From NCBI GenBank assembly GCA_047495785.1, contig JBLDXI010000013.1:2046001-2110000 (forward strand): a DNA stretch of 64,000 bases, in the 5' to 3' direction. A program made the translations under genes and the position numbers. Under the pieces are notes generated by a model. That model did not search any database and was not told where the DNA came from. It saw only the letters and a list, made by a program, of their open reading frames with translations. The stretch's first letter is position 1, and every line of letters begins with the position of its first letter. Source of the stretch: Lepidodermella squamata. Its lineage: Eukaryota > Animalia > Gastrotricha. Positions 24,384 to 35,459 of the stretch are shown here, in pieces.

Positions 24384-27300
24384 CTGCCCTCGTTATGGAT
24401 GTGTGGTAATGAACTGCTGATGTTAAACGACAACTTAACGGAAATCAAAACTAATTCAAATTCACTCCTCAGGGTTAAAATCGATATAAGGATATAAGGA
24501 GGGTTAGGGAAGTCAGTATAGTCATAGGGTAAAACATTTAGGTGTAAAAACCGACTAATGCATTAATCACCTGCCATAATCGCTCTCGTTTTCATGTTTT
24601 CGTCATCGCGTGAGCCCTACGTGTTTTGACGGCATGGTAATGTTTACTTTGCGGAAATACAAAGCGTTTTTTCCGAGTTGAGTGTAAACGGGATGTCACT
24701 ATCGTTTTTTCTTTAAGAAGCATCTCAAATAATGGATGATATCGTTAAATAATCACATTCACTCATTGTATACTTACTTTAAAAAATGAGCTCTTTTTGG
24801 CTCCTAGCTTTTCTACCATTCCTAATTGAAGCCTACCCCATCTATAAAAACAGCATTCCTAATGGGAACAACGTTCCTCACCCTTGCAGCCAGGGGCAGA
24901 TGTGGTCAGGTTAGTTGATCAATTCCATGTCTGGCACTTTTAATTCGAAAATTCGTGACAGGAGTGGGACATGAATCGCCACAAGGAGCCGGTCCTTTAA
25001 ACGTATTTGGTAGAGCCTTCCTCAATGCTGGCAAAACCTGGACCAAGGCTTTGTGCATGGCTGATTCTGATGGTTTGATGATCAATTTTTACGTGAGAGG
25101 CAAAAAATGACAAAACATTTTAAGGCGATGGCAAGACTAATGGCCAGGAACTCGGTGATCCTGGCTGCGTTTGGACAACCGGTGCAGTGCCGACAATGAC
25201 TGATGTCAAAATGCTAGGCCATCCAGCAATTTGCGAACCTATCAATGCGACCAATTGCAGGGCCAACAATGCGTTCCTTCTCAGCAATCCATCTTGTGCA
25301 ACTCTGATGGGCGGAGAAAGCAGTTCTAGTAGCGATTGGTGTCCTGCTATTAAGGGCGCCGATGTCAAGGTGATCGAATTTCGCTACAACAACACCCAGG
25401 TTCCAGCGCAAGAAACCACCTATTTTTGTCAACAATTCAAATTCCCGTCTGATGACGACTATCACATTATCGCGGTAAGTTTTAATATTTGTAAATGAGC
25501 CGCTCTAGAATCACCCAATGAATCATCAATGGCTCCTAACATCTCTATCATGTCATTCACTTCAATTTTAGCGTCCAAAATCGGGACTTCATTTTTTAGG
25601 CCGATCGTTAGTTCCGACTCATTTCAAGTTTTAGAATAAACCAGCTCTCGAATCACCCGATGAATCATCAATGGCTCCCCTACCTGTCATTTTTAATGTC
25701 TGAAATTAGGACCTCAATTTCTTTGGCCAAGCTTCAGCTCAAACTGTAACCTCATTTCCGACAGTTGCGAAGGAGAAGGGAAAAAATGCCTTCCTGATAA
25801 CTTGGGACATTATCATTTGTCTATGGGCAGGGGTTAGAAATCGAAACATTTTCCGATAGATAAAATCACCCTGATTGATAGTATAAATGATACCTAGTAT
25901 AAATGACAAGGTCAATAATTAAGACCGCTAAACGTGCCGAGAATTGTTGACCTATTTTCGGACAATCTGAACCACACAGATGTGACACACTTTGAAGATG
26001 CTTGCGCATCCTTACGTGATACATTTCGTGGAAATCCTCGACACATCAGCCAAAATGGGGAATTATTTGGGCCAACGAAGGCAGCGAAGGGTTGACAGCC
26101 CAGATGAAACTTTGAGTAGGGTCATTCGAGATTCCTGAGATTTTGGTGCCTATTAATCTTTTTTGTACCCGAAGTCCAAATAATGAGCAATTATTATATT
26201 TGATTTTTAGTGGGAGCCAATTATCGATAAGCATGAGATGTTCCATCACCTGTGTCTTATTGGATGCAGCAGCCAAGAAGAATATCGGCTGCAAGTACAG
26301 AAGAAATTCGAGAAACCGGAATCGTGCGGCATGCAGCCCAGCGAATGCCCTGACATCACTATTGTTTGGGCATTTGGCCAGGGACCAAGGTGCTACGACA
26401 GCAACGTCGGCGTTCCGGCTGGCAAAAATTTCTTCAAAACCCTGCTACTACAACACCACTACAACAACCCTTACCTAGTTCGAAATGTTACTGATTCATC
26501 AGGAATCCGCATTTACTACACCACGAAAAAGCGACCGAATGACGCTATGATGTTAATCGTCGGTCAAATGGATATTTTGTTGCCGCCGAAGCAAAAAACG
26601 GCTGTTTCGGCTAAATCTTTCATGGGCTCAAAGGACTGTAGTCGAAAAGCGCTCGAGCCGCATCAAAAAGTCTACTTTTCATCTATGTTGTTCCACATGC
26701 ACCACTTGGGCGTTTATGCCAAGTTGTTCATAGCAAAACCAGACGGTAGACGGCTGCAGGTGATCAACGAGGCGGTAACTCACGATCGCCCGCCTGTGTT
26801 GACCTGGACACAGGAAAAAGCTCCGATGGTGGAGGTGGGCGATGAAATCGAAATCGAATGCACCTACGACGCGAATATGCGCGACTATTCGCGGGTCAAC
26901 TACACATTCTTCGGAGAAGGAAGTCAGGATGAAATGTGCATCGCTTTCATCGAAAGTATGCAGTTTTTCATCAAATTATTTCAACAACGTTTAATCTTTT
27001 CTTTTATAGTTTTTCCCAGACCTAGGGGCAGAGCTTACATGTCTTATAGCTATATCGATGAAGTAAGTCATTTTCTCCAGAATATTCCGAACAGATCTGC
27101 TATATGCAAACAGATGAATGATTGCGTTTGGAGCGATACACGGGGAATGGGACCAGAGAAGCTGAAAGAGTGCGATAAATTTCGCCCCTTCAAAGACAAG
27201 TTCACTAGCATTATGCGATCGCCTGATGGCAAGCGGTGGATGGAAGATTGTTACACAGACAATTATCCAGCGACTTCATGTCGCCAGGGATGTCTTGAGT

Positions 27301-27870
27301 AAGTTCACAAAATGTTGAAAAAATTATTTATAAGAGGTTATTTTTAGTTTTTTGAACAAATACAACATGACAAATGACCCGTGTGTTCGCGGACCTGTTT
27401 TTCGGTTCAACGGTGGCTTTTGGATCTCGCCGCGTTACACCCCGATTTACAGCATTCAGTCGAACATGGAGTATTGCATTACAGGCAAATCTGGCGAAGT
27501 TGCCGCTTTAACGAAAGCGCCAGCTCCGGTTGATTCCATTACGGCTGCTGCTACTACTAACAAAAAACCAAAAAATAGCGCTCCCAAATTGCATATATTG
27601 TATTTAATCTATTCATCCATTTACCTAATATTGATCATCTTCGCATTAATTCTGAGTCACCAGATATGGATTAACCAGTGAAATTAATAGTTATCCAAAT
27701 TTTCATTATAGCTTATAATCAAATTTTCGAGTAATTAACCATACAAAGTTTGGATATTGCATCTCATAATTTTCTGACTGCAAAAGTAATGGATCATTGG
27801 AAATGTATAATAATAAATTATCTAATGAAGCCCACTCTGTTCTGACATAAAATTTGTCTAAATCGGATAA
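24384..27870 (+). repeat. Recent segmental duplicate of ~17948-22290 (paralog 6 unit including upstream region)
   Basis: Similarity starts at ctgccctcgttatggatg (17948 and 24384) and continues through the upstream region, introns and 3' flank (atgaagcccact at ~22240 and ~27826). Confidence 0.85.
24786..27681 (+). CDS. Temptin-domain copper type II monooxygenase, paralog 7 (recent duplicate of paralog 6)
   Basis: ATG 24786 MSSFWLLAFLPFLIEA-YPIYKNSIPNG; FHHLC, QHHYNNP, FHMHH, DEMC; introns include 25475-26210, 26956-27009, 27063-27113. Confidence 0.9.
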
Positions 27871-28015
27871 AGTTGACATTCATTGCATCGTCTTTTCCTT
27901 GAATCTTTTTATTAATATTCCAGGGCCATGTCATTCAATGTGAATCTCAGGACCTATAAGGTTATACAAATTTCCAGTACAGTCCCTGTAATTTCGCAAT
28001 TTTAATCATATTCGA

Positions 28016-28372
28016 GTGGAGCGAGTAGTCGAATGGTCACAGCGTCTCACTGGCTGCGAAGAGGCACGGGTTCAATCCTCAGAACTGCACAACGTCAATC
28101 ATGCGTCTCCGCACAACGTCTGCTTTCTTCTGCGGTTCTGGGACGTAAATCAAGCTGTCATGAAGAGTCATGCAGCCAACTGGAGCCAAGGAGTCAACCA
28201 TCGAGTGTGAAAGCTGCTGGTAATTCCCGCCAAGCAGTTCCTCCGAGACCGCGGCTCCCTTCCTCCCGGTGTAGGACGCCATTCACCGGCAATCAAGAGA
28301 TGGCTACTCGGTGCGAAAGCCTGGGGACCATGGATCGATCAGCAATAATCGGCTCATGTATAGATGACTCTT
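28016..28372 (+). mobile_element. Possible tRNA-derived SINE
   Basis: Pol III A-box-like TAGTCGAATGG (28026-28036) and B-box GGTTCAATCC (28069-28078) at tRNA-like spacing, followed by a GC-richer body; no cloverleaf acceptor stem seen; 3' boundary uncertain. Confidence 0.45.
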
Positions 28373-28877
28373 AGGCCTCATATATGTGATGACATGTGAT
28401 CCAAGTGCTGAATGTCGAAAGGCGAATTTCGCAATAAAGTATGAGTATGAGTATGAGTACATTGACGAAAGTTTCAACTGCATTATCACACGACTGCAAT
28501 TCGAAAGCGTTAATTTTTTGCTATCATCACCCATTTTATTTCAAATAATGATAAAACCCACAAAAGGTGTATATACTCATTGAGCTAAAATATGAATGCA
28601 ATAAATTAAATTAATAAATTATAAATTCTATAATGTTGTCTGTTCATGATTTTTTCACCATGGATGCCTCTTTATTCACCCATGTGCAGGTAGATTCATT
28701 AGCCTACGACTGGTGTTATTGACTCTGATTGGTGGAGGATCCCAGATTTAAGCGCGGGTGATGAATGGCATAGCGTTGCTGATGTTAAGAAGATGAATCT
28801 ACCTGCAACGAGGCCTTTGCGGTTTCGCAGCTTGGGTTGCCAGCCTCGTGTGGATGAGCGTCTATCAAGACGCCCAT

Positions 28878-29366
28878 TCAGTTGGTACATTGACCACGTA
28901 TGAACGCTATGTTCAAATCAGCAGGAGAGTTTATCTTGACCTCGCGCACCTTCAGCTCAGTACCAGCGGCCGCTTTGGCCAGCTTAGCCGTCAAAGCGTC
29001 CTTGGTGTTCTTGAACTTCATGCGCTCGGCCACCGGGGAGCCGCCCGGGCAAAAGGTCATCACCGCGCAGACGGAGGTCAGGTCACCCGTGCCACGCCTC
29101 CCATCTCCACCACCTCCATCTCCTCCACTGCCGCCGTAACTAAAATAAAAAACCGCATAACGGCTGTAATTTTTCGGAATAACCCTAGCCAGGGCATCCA
29201 AATCATCGATGGTCGTAGCCGATGGTGAGCTGTCGACCTTTTGGCTGACCTTATCAACAATCATCCGCTGCTTGTCATCAGACAGGCGGATGGTGAAGAA
29301 GCTGTACGAGCCAGACTTCAGTTTATTAAAAGCATCAATGCAGCACTGATTGATCGCAACAGACAT
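28878..29366 (-). CDS. Divergent single-domain ADF/cofilin-like (ADF-H) protein, 162 aa
   Basis: MSVAINQCCIDAFNKLK..FFTIRLSDDKQRMIVDK..IPKNYSRYAVFYF..FCPGGSPVAERMKFKNTKDAL..EVKINSPADL follows the cofilin pattern; Gly-rich insertion; upstream TATAAAAAG-like site at ~29480-29488 (minus). Confidence 0.8.
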   Translation of the reverse strand: MSVAINQCCIDAFNKLKSGSYSFFTIRLSDDKQRMIVDKVSQKVDSSPSATTIDDLDALARVIPKNYSRYAVFYFSYGGSGGDGGGGDGRRGTGDLTSVCAVMTFCPGGSPVAERMKFKNTKDALTAKLAKAAAGTELKVREVKINSPADLNIAFIRGQCTN

Positions 29367-30079
29367 TACTGCAGTTTTTTCGCAAGTAAGAAAGCCTAAA
29401 AAATACGTAAAACATCAGCATTTTTTGTGTAAAATTTCGCGACCGAAAAAATGGCCATTCTCGTGCTAAGGAGATTACCTTTTTTATATCCAGTCGAGGA
29501 TGAATACACCGCTGTTATCTTAGGATCCGTGATGCAATATTTCATCACTTATTCTGGTTGCGCGGATATGGCATAATTTTTGGTTGGCGATGATTCATCG
29601 GTTGGTCGTGAAACATGTAAGTACAGTGCGTGAATCACCTCCTATTTTATAATCAATACCACCTTTCATGCTGTTTATTGTTAGCATTCAGCTTTCAGCC
29701 TATTGATTTCTTCAATTTTATGTCTGCTTTTATTGATTTTTTATTAAAATATTCAAATTCATACATGTGCTTGGTAAAATTTGGCTCGCATATCTAAAAA
29801 TGAGGCTCATCACGAAGCGAGTCAGTGTTTTCAACTGTTTTGAGATTTTTTATCGCACAAATGTACTTTATAAATTTACATGGATGTATTAGGCCGGCAA
29901 AGGATTTTAGAGTGGCAGATATATTAGAAACAAAGGTGGTTTATTCTGTAATCAATCAACAGGGCTGAATGCAATCTGCGGCATTCTGCCTTCAACCGTG
30001 GCGATTTGTGATTAGTTATTAAACGGCAAGCCTTTTTCAGTCGCCATATTAGTTTGTTCCCAATTATCAAGCCATTATT

Positions 30080-32386
30080 TCAGTTGATAGCTGTAGTTTG
30101 GAAGGTGGAACGCGCTGCGAAATCTGCCGAATTGTCATTCTTTTTAATGTAGACGTCGTTGTTAGTCTCAACGTGCAGGAAATAACCCGGGTTGTTGTAG
30201 GATTCGTATGCTACTCCAACACCCTGGGATTTTTCGCAGAACGTCGCATCACCAGCAAGCCACCACTGGCTGCCATCGTTCGGGTAAATCTCAATTCTGT
30301 AGCTGTAGTGGCGCAAGAAATGGTTCGGCTTGTTGACTGATTCGAAGGAAATGCAACTCCCGGATAGTCCAGTCTTTTTCCTAAACTGGAAATCTTGGTT
30401 AGATGCCGGATTCGCCTCAGCATCGCTTCTGACGTAGACATTCAGGTGGCGAAGAGCGTGGGAGCTGGCGAGTTGTGAAACAGGACGAAGCACCCATATG
30501 TCTCCGGTATTGCCCTCCCAGACACGCGGGGCAAGTGCAGTAACTTCAACAGGCTGCCTGGTCAGACTAGCGCCATGAAGTGGGTCTTTCACGTTATTTG
30601 AGTCGAAAATCCCGCAGAAGGCTCCTTTAGTTACAGCTTCGTTTGATACATGCATCTCAACATCGCCATAGATCTTAACCGTCCCACCAAGGGTAGTTCG
30701 GTAAGAAAATCCCGAGGCCAAGATATTCCGAACTTCGGCATTTCCGTTGACAGTCATATCCTGGTCAAGCTGCGAGAGCCCGCCAACAATTGCGTTATCA
30801 GTTACCCTGCCGTTCCAGACCGTAGCGTGATTTTCGATTCTGGCGTTCCCTGACACGTCTCCGCCCATAACCGAGGCGGTTTTCGCAACGTAGGCCGAGG
30901 CAGATACCTTCGCACCATCAGCAACCCAGCCGCCGCCGTTTGAATGAAAGCGGCCGTTGCCCAGCGAAGGTTTGTAACCCGCCTGGAACCCATCCGGGAG
31001 AGCGTTCGTAAGCTGGACCATATAGGGGAATCTGTAAATTGTATGATACTTCTGGTCCCAGAAAATCCGGTGGAACACATCGGGAGCTGCTGTGACAGTC
31101 AGGTAGACATCGTCTCCCTGCTGGACGTAGAAGGTCAGCTCGCCATCTTTGCCAGATTTCAGTTCGCTGTATCGAGATCTTCCACTGTTGTCAATGGCAA
31201 CCAATCCCCATCGCCAGTTCGAGGCCGGTGGATCAGCGACCGGAGCGTCATTGCCATAGCCTGGCTCGTTGACCCGACTGCCGTACTCGGCATTGGGAAC
31301 TTTACGATCCTGGACCACTCCTCGGAATCTGACGGTGATTTGGTTAGCCCCAGCGTCGGGGATTAGCCTGACCAAGTTGTAGCCATAGCGCTGTGGGGCG
31401 AAATAGTCTGATACAACGTATTTCCTCGCGCCTTCATCGATCGCCTCTAGTCTGGCCAATCGATTGCGTTTCTGAACTGAATAGATGTCTGTATTCTTGC
31501 CGAAGGCTCGCCTGAAATCGGCGCCACGATTATAGCCATCTTGCCCGTCGATATAGTCCCAATTGACGTTTTTCATCGCGAAATGACCGAACTCATCGCC
31601 GAGTTGCTGAATGGACCAGCCGTTGTTCTTCATGAGGGTCTCGATAGGGTCTTGGTTATATATGTTGTCTGTTTTCACAAAAATGTCATTCACGATTTTG
31701 AAGCCGTATTTGTCCTGAAATTCAGAGGTTATGTAAATAGGCTAAATCTAAGTCAATATCATACTTACCTTGAGGTAGTTCCAGAACTGCCAGTTGCAGT
31801 ATCGATTTCTAGTGCTACCGAAGTAAACATGTGGGTTCCATGCTGAATGCGACGCGCATAGGACTTTGTCTGGTTGCTGGGGGTATTGAGATGACATGAA
31901 CTCGGCGTGAGACTCCCACATCCAGCCGCAGTAGATGCTGTTCCTCATACCACGGGTTGAGAACTGCATAGAATGCGTCAATTCATGGGTCATTCCAGAT
32001 GTGTAGTAGTCTGCCAAGGCCGAGTTACCCACCCACATAGCCATGGTCCTATCCCCCTGACCTGACCCAGCGAGACCCCATCCTTCATCGGTGTATATTT
32101 GCGCCTTGTACTTGATAGCTGAGTCGCAAAATGGTTCGGGCCAGCTAACTGGCGGAGCGAGGAACCACCGCCAGGTAGCTTCCAACTTGTCGAGAGCATT
32201 CTTCGCCTGGGCGTCGGTTAGCAAGGTTTTCTCGGCTGGCCATCGAATTTGGAAATGTTCACTTTCGGCCTTGACAGGGAACGGGTTGGTCAGTTCCTTG
32301 TCTGGAGGGGTGATCCAAGCGCCCGGGACACAGCTGGATACCACCAAAGCGGGTAGAACTGCCGCGAAAATGCAACGCAGGAACAT
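30080..32386 (-). CDS. Secreted bacterial-type Svx/AvrXca (DUF6055)-like zinc metallopeptidase with beta-helix repeat and C-terminal AbfB/CBM42-like domain; 2 exons, ~750 aa
   Basis: ATG 32386 MFLRCIFAAVLPALVVSS signal; THELTH..WMWESHA (HExxH..E); intron 31715-31768 joins YLK|DKYG in frame; HSNGGGWVA..AKVSASAYV..VSGNARIENHA hexapeptide-like repeat; SFESVNKPNHFLRHY..DATFC..YESYNNPGYFLH CBM42 pattern. Confidence 0.85.
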
Positions 32387-33121
32387 TATTCTGGAAAAAT
32401 GAAACGTGTTGTGGTTGGGATAAGGCTGTAAAAAGCCGGCTTTTAAACAGCCGATATCTTCATTTGGCAAGCTCAGCTGAAATAACCGCGTGCGTGATAA
32501 GGTCACAGAAACTTCGATGAACCTTGTTATCTGCGGTATTTAGAACTGGTTTTTAAAGACTTGTGTAATCGTTTTAAGAATCAGGTCAAACGGATGTTTG
32601 AAATTCCTGGGCGTAACTCGAGGGCACAGCCCAAAAACTTCTTCAACGTTAAAGGCTCTGAGATAAAGAGAATATTTGAGCACGTGCTTTATATATGCTT
32701 TCATTCTGTGTTTTAGAATTCTCGACCTTGGGACTTGGAAGTTTAACCCTTGAGATAAATTCGACCACTATACTGATATATTCCCAGCACTCTTCTTTGA
32801 GGAAATATAGCAACTTATCAGTACTAGAAGTTGACAAAATTGATACTGAAAGCCTCGCGTGTAAATGAAGCACACGATTCGCGTGTAAAGCATCACGATT
32901 CGCATCACGAAACTTACGTTTCATACATCTGGTCGTCAAGTGTCGACCCGAGTGGTACAGGCCTGAATCACTCATCGGATATATATCTTGCGGTCGAGAT
33001 TGGCCACAAATTGTAGAAAATCGCATGCAATTAAATTCAGCGTAGCATTCTCTATGAGACATACTGTTCAATTCAGAACTCAAGCTTCGCCTAAAATTCG
33101 TTCAATTATTCAAAAAGTTAC

Positions 33122-33390
33122 ACTAGAAATTATATCGGTACGGCGACAAAACAGCAATTTCGCAGAACAGCGAATGCGACAAAACAGCAAATTGTTTGTT
33201 TCGCAAAAAAACAGCAACAATTTGCTGGGAAAACAATATGCGTCGTTTTTCTGCTGTTATGTCGCCAGATGAAAAAATTTCTGTTTTGTCGCATTTGCTG
33301 TTTTGGGTATTTGCTGTTATGAAGGTCTTCCTATATTTCGACTTTGGTTCCACAAAATGAAAATTAGGTTCCGATCACCGCAAATTTGGT
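33122..33390. repeat. Short internally repetitive inverted element (CGACAAAACAGCAA units), probable transposon remnant
   Basis: Direct units at 33143-33217 are mirrored by TTGCTGTT/TTTTGTCGC units at 33250-33320. The adjacent gactttggttcc motif recurs inverted at ~59934 among several GGAACCAAA/TTGGTTCCG motifs at 59830-60550. Confidence 0.45.
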
Positions 33391-33577
33391 AAAAATAGAA
33401 TAAAAAAAGGTTAAATCTTGGAGATAAAAAAATAAAGCTCGCACTTGTAAGCAATTGTTTTGTTGAGCAAATTGTGCTAACAACAAAACATGCACAATTT
33501 TGTTACTAGAGTTCAGGCTTAGTACATTTTACCCAAAATGATTCTCTTGAGCGTGTGCAACAATTTACAATGAATGA

Positions 33578-34876
33578 ATGCAGCTCAAACAGCGCCATTT
33601 CTACATTGCAATTATCATTTCTGCCTCCGCTGCATTTATCGCATTCAGAATTTTATTAAGATTGCCAGCTTCGAAACATTTCGCAAGCAGGATTCTAAAA
33701 ACCTATCCCACAGTTCAGGCGGCGGGCAACCATTCTTGCGATGAAACTTGGCCAGATCTTCAGCTCATGCTGACGGCCCCTGCTGATTATATCGGAACTT
33801 ATGAGATCACGAACCTTTTCCTGCCCTCTGTTGCTCTATTCTGGCCCAAACCTCATTTCAAACTGACAATTCTAACCGATAATGAAACTATCGGCGCTCG
33901 TGAAAAAGCCGACGAGTGGGTGAATGCAACTCTAGGCACCTTCGGTATTGAGCCAACGGTTTATTTCACCGATCGCAAGTTCAACTGTTCCGGTTGGTTC
34001 AAGTCCCAGTGGCTGAAATTCTGGGCTGAAAATTTTACCGACTCAGAATACGTTGGCTTTGTTGATACAGATGCAATTTTTGTGACCCGAGTTACTTTGA
34101 ACGATCTCTTCATTGATAGAAAGCCCATAGTACGGCCGATTTTCGGCAAGCCTCGGCCGGACTTGAAAAATTACTGGAAAAAGGTTCCGGCGAGGACATA
34201 CTTAATCACAGGCTTCAAAGGTTCGATTTTTTCAACAATTTGTCGTTATCTTATACCAGCTTTTCCTATAGAACCTTTCAGCTGCATGTCATACTTCCCA
34301 GTCGTTGTCAAGGTTTCTCATCTGGCTTATATGCGTAGGGTTATTCAAATGCGATTCGCACCTGGAGGAACCTTCGACGAAGCTTTTGCTCTAATCATCG
34401 GCCTTAAGGACGTCTCCGAATTCAGTTTGATGTGCACTATTATGTGGTGGGTTTTCAGGGATCACTACCACTGGATCATAAATGAAGCTGAACCTGGTTG
34501 GGATCGCAGCTTTTTCGGTCAAGTCGCCAACATGAGCGAAGCTCGAATAACGCCGGAAATGGTTCACCCTGTGCCTATGTTGGCCATTCATTACGTCCAC
34601 ACGCCGTTTGGACTGATCAAAGACGAATTTCGGCAGGGGGTTTGCTTCTCATTGACCTCGACTGAATCTAAACCTGACTACTGTAATAACCTCCTCGAAA
34701 GAGAGTGGGAGGTTAATCCTCGCGAGTTTCAGTTCGAAACTGACGATTTCTCTGGTCGAAGCGGCGCGTTTGACGCTCATATGAAGAGGATCACTGAAAA
34801 TGACAAGTGCCCTCATCCTTGGATCGCAAAACACCTCAATGCATTGGACGATTCGAAAATTTTGATTTTACCTTAA
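33578..34876 (+). CDS. Type II membrane GT-A-fold glycosyltransferase-like protein (DxD), uncharacterised
   Basis: N-terminal TM (FYIAIIISASAAFIAF), stem, YVGFVDTDAIF DxD motif; probable stop-free 51-bp intron 34221-34271 (gttcga...ctatag) read through by the ORF. Confidence 0.7.
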   Translation: MQLKQRHFYIAIIISASAAFIAFRILLRLPASKHFASRILKTYPTVQAAGNHSCDETWPDLQLMLTAPADYIGTYEITNLFLPSVALFWPKPHFKLTILTDNETIGAREKADEWVNATLGTFGIEPTVYFTDRKFNCSGWFKSQWLKFWAENFTDSEYVGFVDTDAIFVTRVTLNDLFIDRKPIVRPIFGKPRPDLKNYWKKVPARTYLITGFKGSIFSTICRYLIPAFPIEPFSCMSYFPVVVKVSHLAYMRRVIQMRFAPGGTFDEAFALIIGLKDVSEFSLMCTIMWWVFRDHYHWIINEAEPGWDRSFFGQVANMSEARITPEMVHPVPMLAIHYVHTPFGLIKDEFRQGVCFSLTSTESKPDYCNNLLEREWEVNPREFQFETDDFSGRSGAFDAHMKRITENDKCPHPWIAKHLNALDDSKILILP

Positions 34877-35459
34877 CCTGTTTAGAAACCTGATGACGTT
34901 CAAATCCCTGATTGGGAATTTAATAAACAGAAAGCTTCATAAGAACATGGTTTCAAGCATACTGGACGTGTTATCATTCGATGGGATAAAATGGAAAAAT
35001 CAAAAATTACGAAAAATTGTTCATATTTTATTCAAGGTCATTCGAGGCAATTTATTCGAGGCAAAAAGCGTAGAAATAAGTACAGAGGCAGCGCTTTGAT
35101 TTTCAAAAATAAAATATATTCCGGTATAATGCATAAAATAAATTTGCATTTTTTGACAGTTGTCAGGTGAATGAATGGTGGATGAATAAAAAAAATGAAC
35201 ACAAACTTTACAATAAGAAGCATCCAAAACGCAAAATAACCGGATCCAAGATGTTCAAAAGCAGCTGAATTACATTCAAAAAATTAACACGCGGGGCAAT
35301 CAGCAAAGCAGTCAGCTGGCAAGCATAAATTGAATACATGAACATAAAATTCAAACTTGATTAATACATAAAATGAGGTGATTTTAAATGAATCGTTTCA
35401 GCCACTCAAAAAAAAACAGACTATAATTTTTTCAAAATAATTAAATTTTTTCAATAAAT

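Noticed and set aside
26956-27113. Two stop-free 3n introns read through in the 354-aa ORF of paralog 7 (possible regulated retention)
   Set aside because: The homologous introns in paralog 6 are 53 bp each (not 3n), so the read-through is probably coincidental.
30080-32506. Bacterial contamination as the explanation for the Svx-like gene
   Set aside because: It has a canonical spliceosomal intron of the host's typical size and is embedded among intron-containing animal genes.
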